Shown here in pieces: positions 62,035-64,000 of a stretch of DNA of 64,000 bases (position 1 is the first letter of the stretch; every line of letters starts with the position of its first letter). A program made the position numbers and the translations under genes. Source of the stretch: a virus; IMG/VR virus record IMGVR_UViG_3300048999_000166, positions 1-64,000 of that record; one strand, given 5' to 3'. Under the pieces are notes generated by a model. That model had not been told where the DNA came from and searched no databases. It saw nothing but the letters and a program-made list of their open reading frames with translations.

Positions 62035-62096
62035 TGGTGACGACAGGGCCCCGACCAGAAGGAGTTTGGGACGCCCCGGTTCGAGGCCCTGTCATC
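62035..62096 (-). ncRNA. 62-nt long hairpin ending in ACCA, between two tRNAs
   Basis: gatgacagggcc/ggccctgtcgtc 12-bp terminal stem plus acca; fills the whole tRNA spacer. Confidence 0.55.
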
Positions 62097-62097
62097 G

Positions 62098-62173
62098 TAG
62101 CGGTTCCGAGATTCGAACTCGGGATCTCAAGGTTATGAGCCTTGCGGGGACGGCCGAACTCCCCTAAACCGCT
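62098..62173 (-). tRNA. trnM: tRNA-Met(CAU), elongator type (or Ile2)
   Basis: Acceptor agcggtt/aaccgct, anticodon arm caagg-ctCATaa-ccttg, T arm ccgag-ttcgaat-ctcgg. Confidence 0.9.
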
Positions 62174-62177
62174 CTGT

Positions 62178-62240
62178 GCGACACCCCCGCCAGCTAGCTG
62201 TTCAGCAGGGCCCAGGGGCCCTTTCGCCAGCGGGGGTCGC
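62178..62240 (-). ncRNA. candidate Y RNA (YrlB/Yrn-like)
   Basis: 5'/3' ends pair; GGCGAAAG matches the GNCGAAN(0-1)G Ro-binding motif; about 300 nt from the Ro60 gene. Confidence 0.55.
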
Positions 62241-62255
62241 GTCGGTGAGCTTAGC

Positions 62256-62531
62256 TCAAAAGCCGCGCTCGCGCTTCATATCAGCGGTGAGATCGTCGAG
62301 CTTCCGGATGAACTCACCGAGGTCGATGTTGTGCAGGATGTGCGTGGTCCGGGCGGTGGTCTCGTCCTCGTAGACGATGTGCACCTCGATGTCGGAGTAG
62401 GAGCACGTCTCGCAGTAGCCGCCCCAGGTGGTCTCCTGGTCGACGGACAGGACGCGGTCGATGCGCGTGACACCCTGGCGCTCCAGGTAGCGCTTGACTA
62501 CCTCGTAGAACCCCAGGGTGCCCTCGCTCAT
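62256..62531 (-). CDS. small CxxC protein
   Basis: GGYCETCSY; adjacent to TROVE gene. Confidence 0.6.
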   Translation of the reverse strand: MSEGTLGFYEVVKRYLERQGVTRIDRVLSVDQETTWGGYCETCSYSDIEVHIVYEDETTARTTHILHNIDLGEFIRKLDDLTADMKRERGF

Positions 62532-64000
62532 CTAGATCGCTCCTCGTGCGAAGTCGGCCAGCAGGTTCGGGACGTTCGAGTCGAAGCCCGAGACATCCAG
62601 CGTTCCCTCGTCGGCCGGGTCCGCGATCGTGAACTCAGTCGGCGTCAGCGCGACCACCGCCAGCCGGGTGTTGATGCCGGAGGTCTCGCGGTAGCGCTTC
62701 AGAGCCTGCTGCGGGTGGATCGCCCCCGCCCACGTCTCGTTGTCGGTCAGCACCTCGATGACGTCGTACTCCTTCTTCAGCGCGCCCGCCCACAGCATGG
62801 GCAGCGCACAATCAGTGGAGCCGAACGGGAGCCGCTCGATGGTGCGTACCGCATCGTCGAGCCGCTGACGCGGGCTGAGCGCCAGCTCGCTCACGTCGGT
62901 GAACTGCTGGCTCCGACCCCAACCGCCACCGGTGAAGCCGATGACGTCGCACGCGGGCTCCGTCGCCATCGTGAACAGCGCCAGCGCCGCCGTGACCTCC
63001 CGGCAGGTGATCGCCGAGTAGTTCGGCTGGCGGTAGCCGCCGCGACCCTTGCGGGGCGCGCCCTGAGCCGGGCTACCCATCGAGCCGGACACGTCCAGCG
63101 CGAGCAGGTGCCGCTTGTTCGAGGGCTCGAAGGTCCCGAAGGTCCGGTAGAACGCGGAGTCGAGCGCGTCCACGATCTGACGCTTCGGGCTCCAGGTGTT
63201 CTCCCCCATCATCGACTGGCCGCGGCTGTAGGTACGCAGCGCGACCAGCGCGTTGATCGGGTGGATCCGGGCCTTGCGCAGCTTGTCGGTGTCCTGCAGC
63301 TGCGCGGTCACCGTCGCCAGCGACTGCGCCGAGTTGAACACCCCCAGGTTCGTCAGCCGCGGCAGCTGCCGGATCAGCGCGGTCATCGGGACACCAGCGG
63401 CGATCAGGGCGTGCCACACCTCCGCCTGAGTCACCGCGGCGTCGGGCAGCGCCTCCCAGGGCAGCCGGAAATTAGTGACCAGCTCGACCCACTGCGCGAC
63501 GGTGGTCGCCTCCTGCGCCTTCTCGAACGCATCCACCAGCGCGGGCTTGACCTTCGGGTCGCTGTCCTTGCCCTCGTGCTTGACCATCCAGTCGAACAGC
63601 GCCTTGCGCTCCGGCTCGTCGGTCTGCGGGTGGGACAGGCGCAGCAGATCGCGGTGGCTCCAGCCCTCGCGCTGCCGGTACTTGATCGCCTGGTAGGCCA
63701 CGGACTCGACCGGCTTATCGAGGTACCAGTTGCGCACCGCCCGACGCAGCCCACCGCCCCAGCCGCGGAACTGCTCCGCGTAGCGGGTGAACAGGTAGAG
63801 GTGCGTGCCGGTGCGGCACACCTTCGAGACCGCATCGTTGGCCGCCCGCCGGGCCGCCTCTGTGCCGCCCAGCGCCGACACAGCGGCGAGCGCGAAGATG
63901 GCCGGGTTCTGTCGCGGCGCTCGACCCGCGACCGAGATCTCGACGATGCGCTCGACCAGCCACTCACCTCGGTCACGCGCGGCGGCCAGGATGACCTGCG
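62532..64000 (-). CDS. rsr: Ro60/Rsr TROVE-domain RNA-binding protein (5' end outside window)
   Basis: KYRQREGWSHRDLLRLSHP, MTALIRQL, ARIHP, vWA MIDAS DVSGSM, GSTDCALPM, TDNETW; frame stays open upstream of the ORF-track start (VEISVAGRAPRQNPAIFALA). Confidence 0.93.
   Translation of the reverse strand, partial: QVILAAARDRGEWLVERIVEISVAGRAPRQNPAIFALAAVSALGGTEAARRAANDAVSKVCRTGTHLYLFTRYAEQFRGWGGGLRRAVRNWYLDKPVESVAYQAIKYRQREGWSHRDLLRLSHPQTDEPERKALFDWMVKHEGKDSDPKVKPALVDAFEKAQEATTVAQWVELVTNFRLPWEALPDAAVTQAEVWHALIAAGVPMTALIRQLPRLTNLGVFNSAQSLATVTAQLQDTDKLRKARIHPINALVALRTYSRGQSMMGENTWSPKRQIVDALDSAFYRTFGTFEPSNKRHLLALDVSGSMGSPAQGAPRKGRGGYRQPNYSAITCREVTAALALFTMATEPACDVIGFTGGGWGRSQQFTDVSELALSPRQRLDDAVRTIERLPFGSTDCALPMLWAGALKKEYDVIEVLTDNETWAGAIHPQQALKRYRETSGINTRLAVVALTPTEFTIADPADEGTLDVSGFDSNVPNLLADFARGAI

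Noticed and set aside
62070-62090. Plus-strand GGTTCGA as the T loop of another tRNA
   Set aside because: No T stem or cloverleaf on the plus strand; wobble pairs and the CCA end favour the minus-strand hairpin.
61841-62138. ORFs 61841-62095 (-) and 61923-62138 (+)
   Set aside because: Overlap tRNA genes; the same applies to ORFs over 8478-8809 and 28006-28227.

Overview
This is about 64 kb of a high-GC tailed (siphovirus-like) phage or prophage, very probably of Actinobacteria; no host chromosomal genes are evident. Layout: (1) 1-8.5 kb (+) replication module: SSB-like genes, family A DNA polymerase, primase-polymerase/helicase followed by a GTCTC repeat cluster, PD-(D/E)XK nuclease, RuvC-like resolvase, HTH; then tRNA-Asp and a papain-like peptidase. 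(2) 10-26.5 kb mostly (-) accessory region of about 40 small genes, with DUF932, a minimal tyrosine recombinase next to a 13-8-13 lox-like site, a DUF3631-like ATPase with iteron-like repeats, a perfect host-type parS, and an isolated terS-like gene on (+). (3) 26.5-60.9 kb (+) virion module: terL, two tRNAs, portal, protease, capsid, tail with -1 frameshift, tape measure, many tail-tip and fibre genes, PL7 lyase. (4) 60.9-64 kb (-): 2OG-Fe(II) oxygenase, tRNA-Trp, a CCA-ended hairpin, tRNA-Met, a candidate Y RNA and a Ro60/TROVE gene cut by the window edge. The strongest novel signal is a family of 11 intergenic elements of about 60 nt. They differ in sequence but share one covarying fold (5' arm with invariant TGA, usually the upstream stop codon; long hairpin; small hairpin with the complementary TCA arm in its loop) and separate the accessory genes like cassettes. 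All family assignments come from motif recognition by eye; no searches were run.
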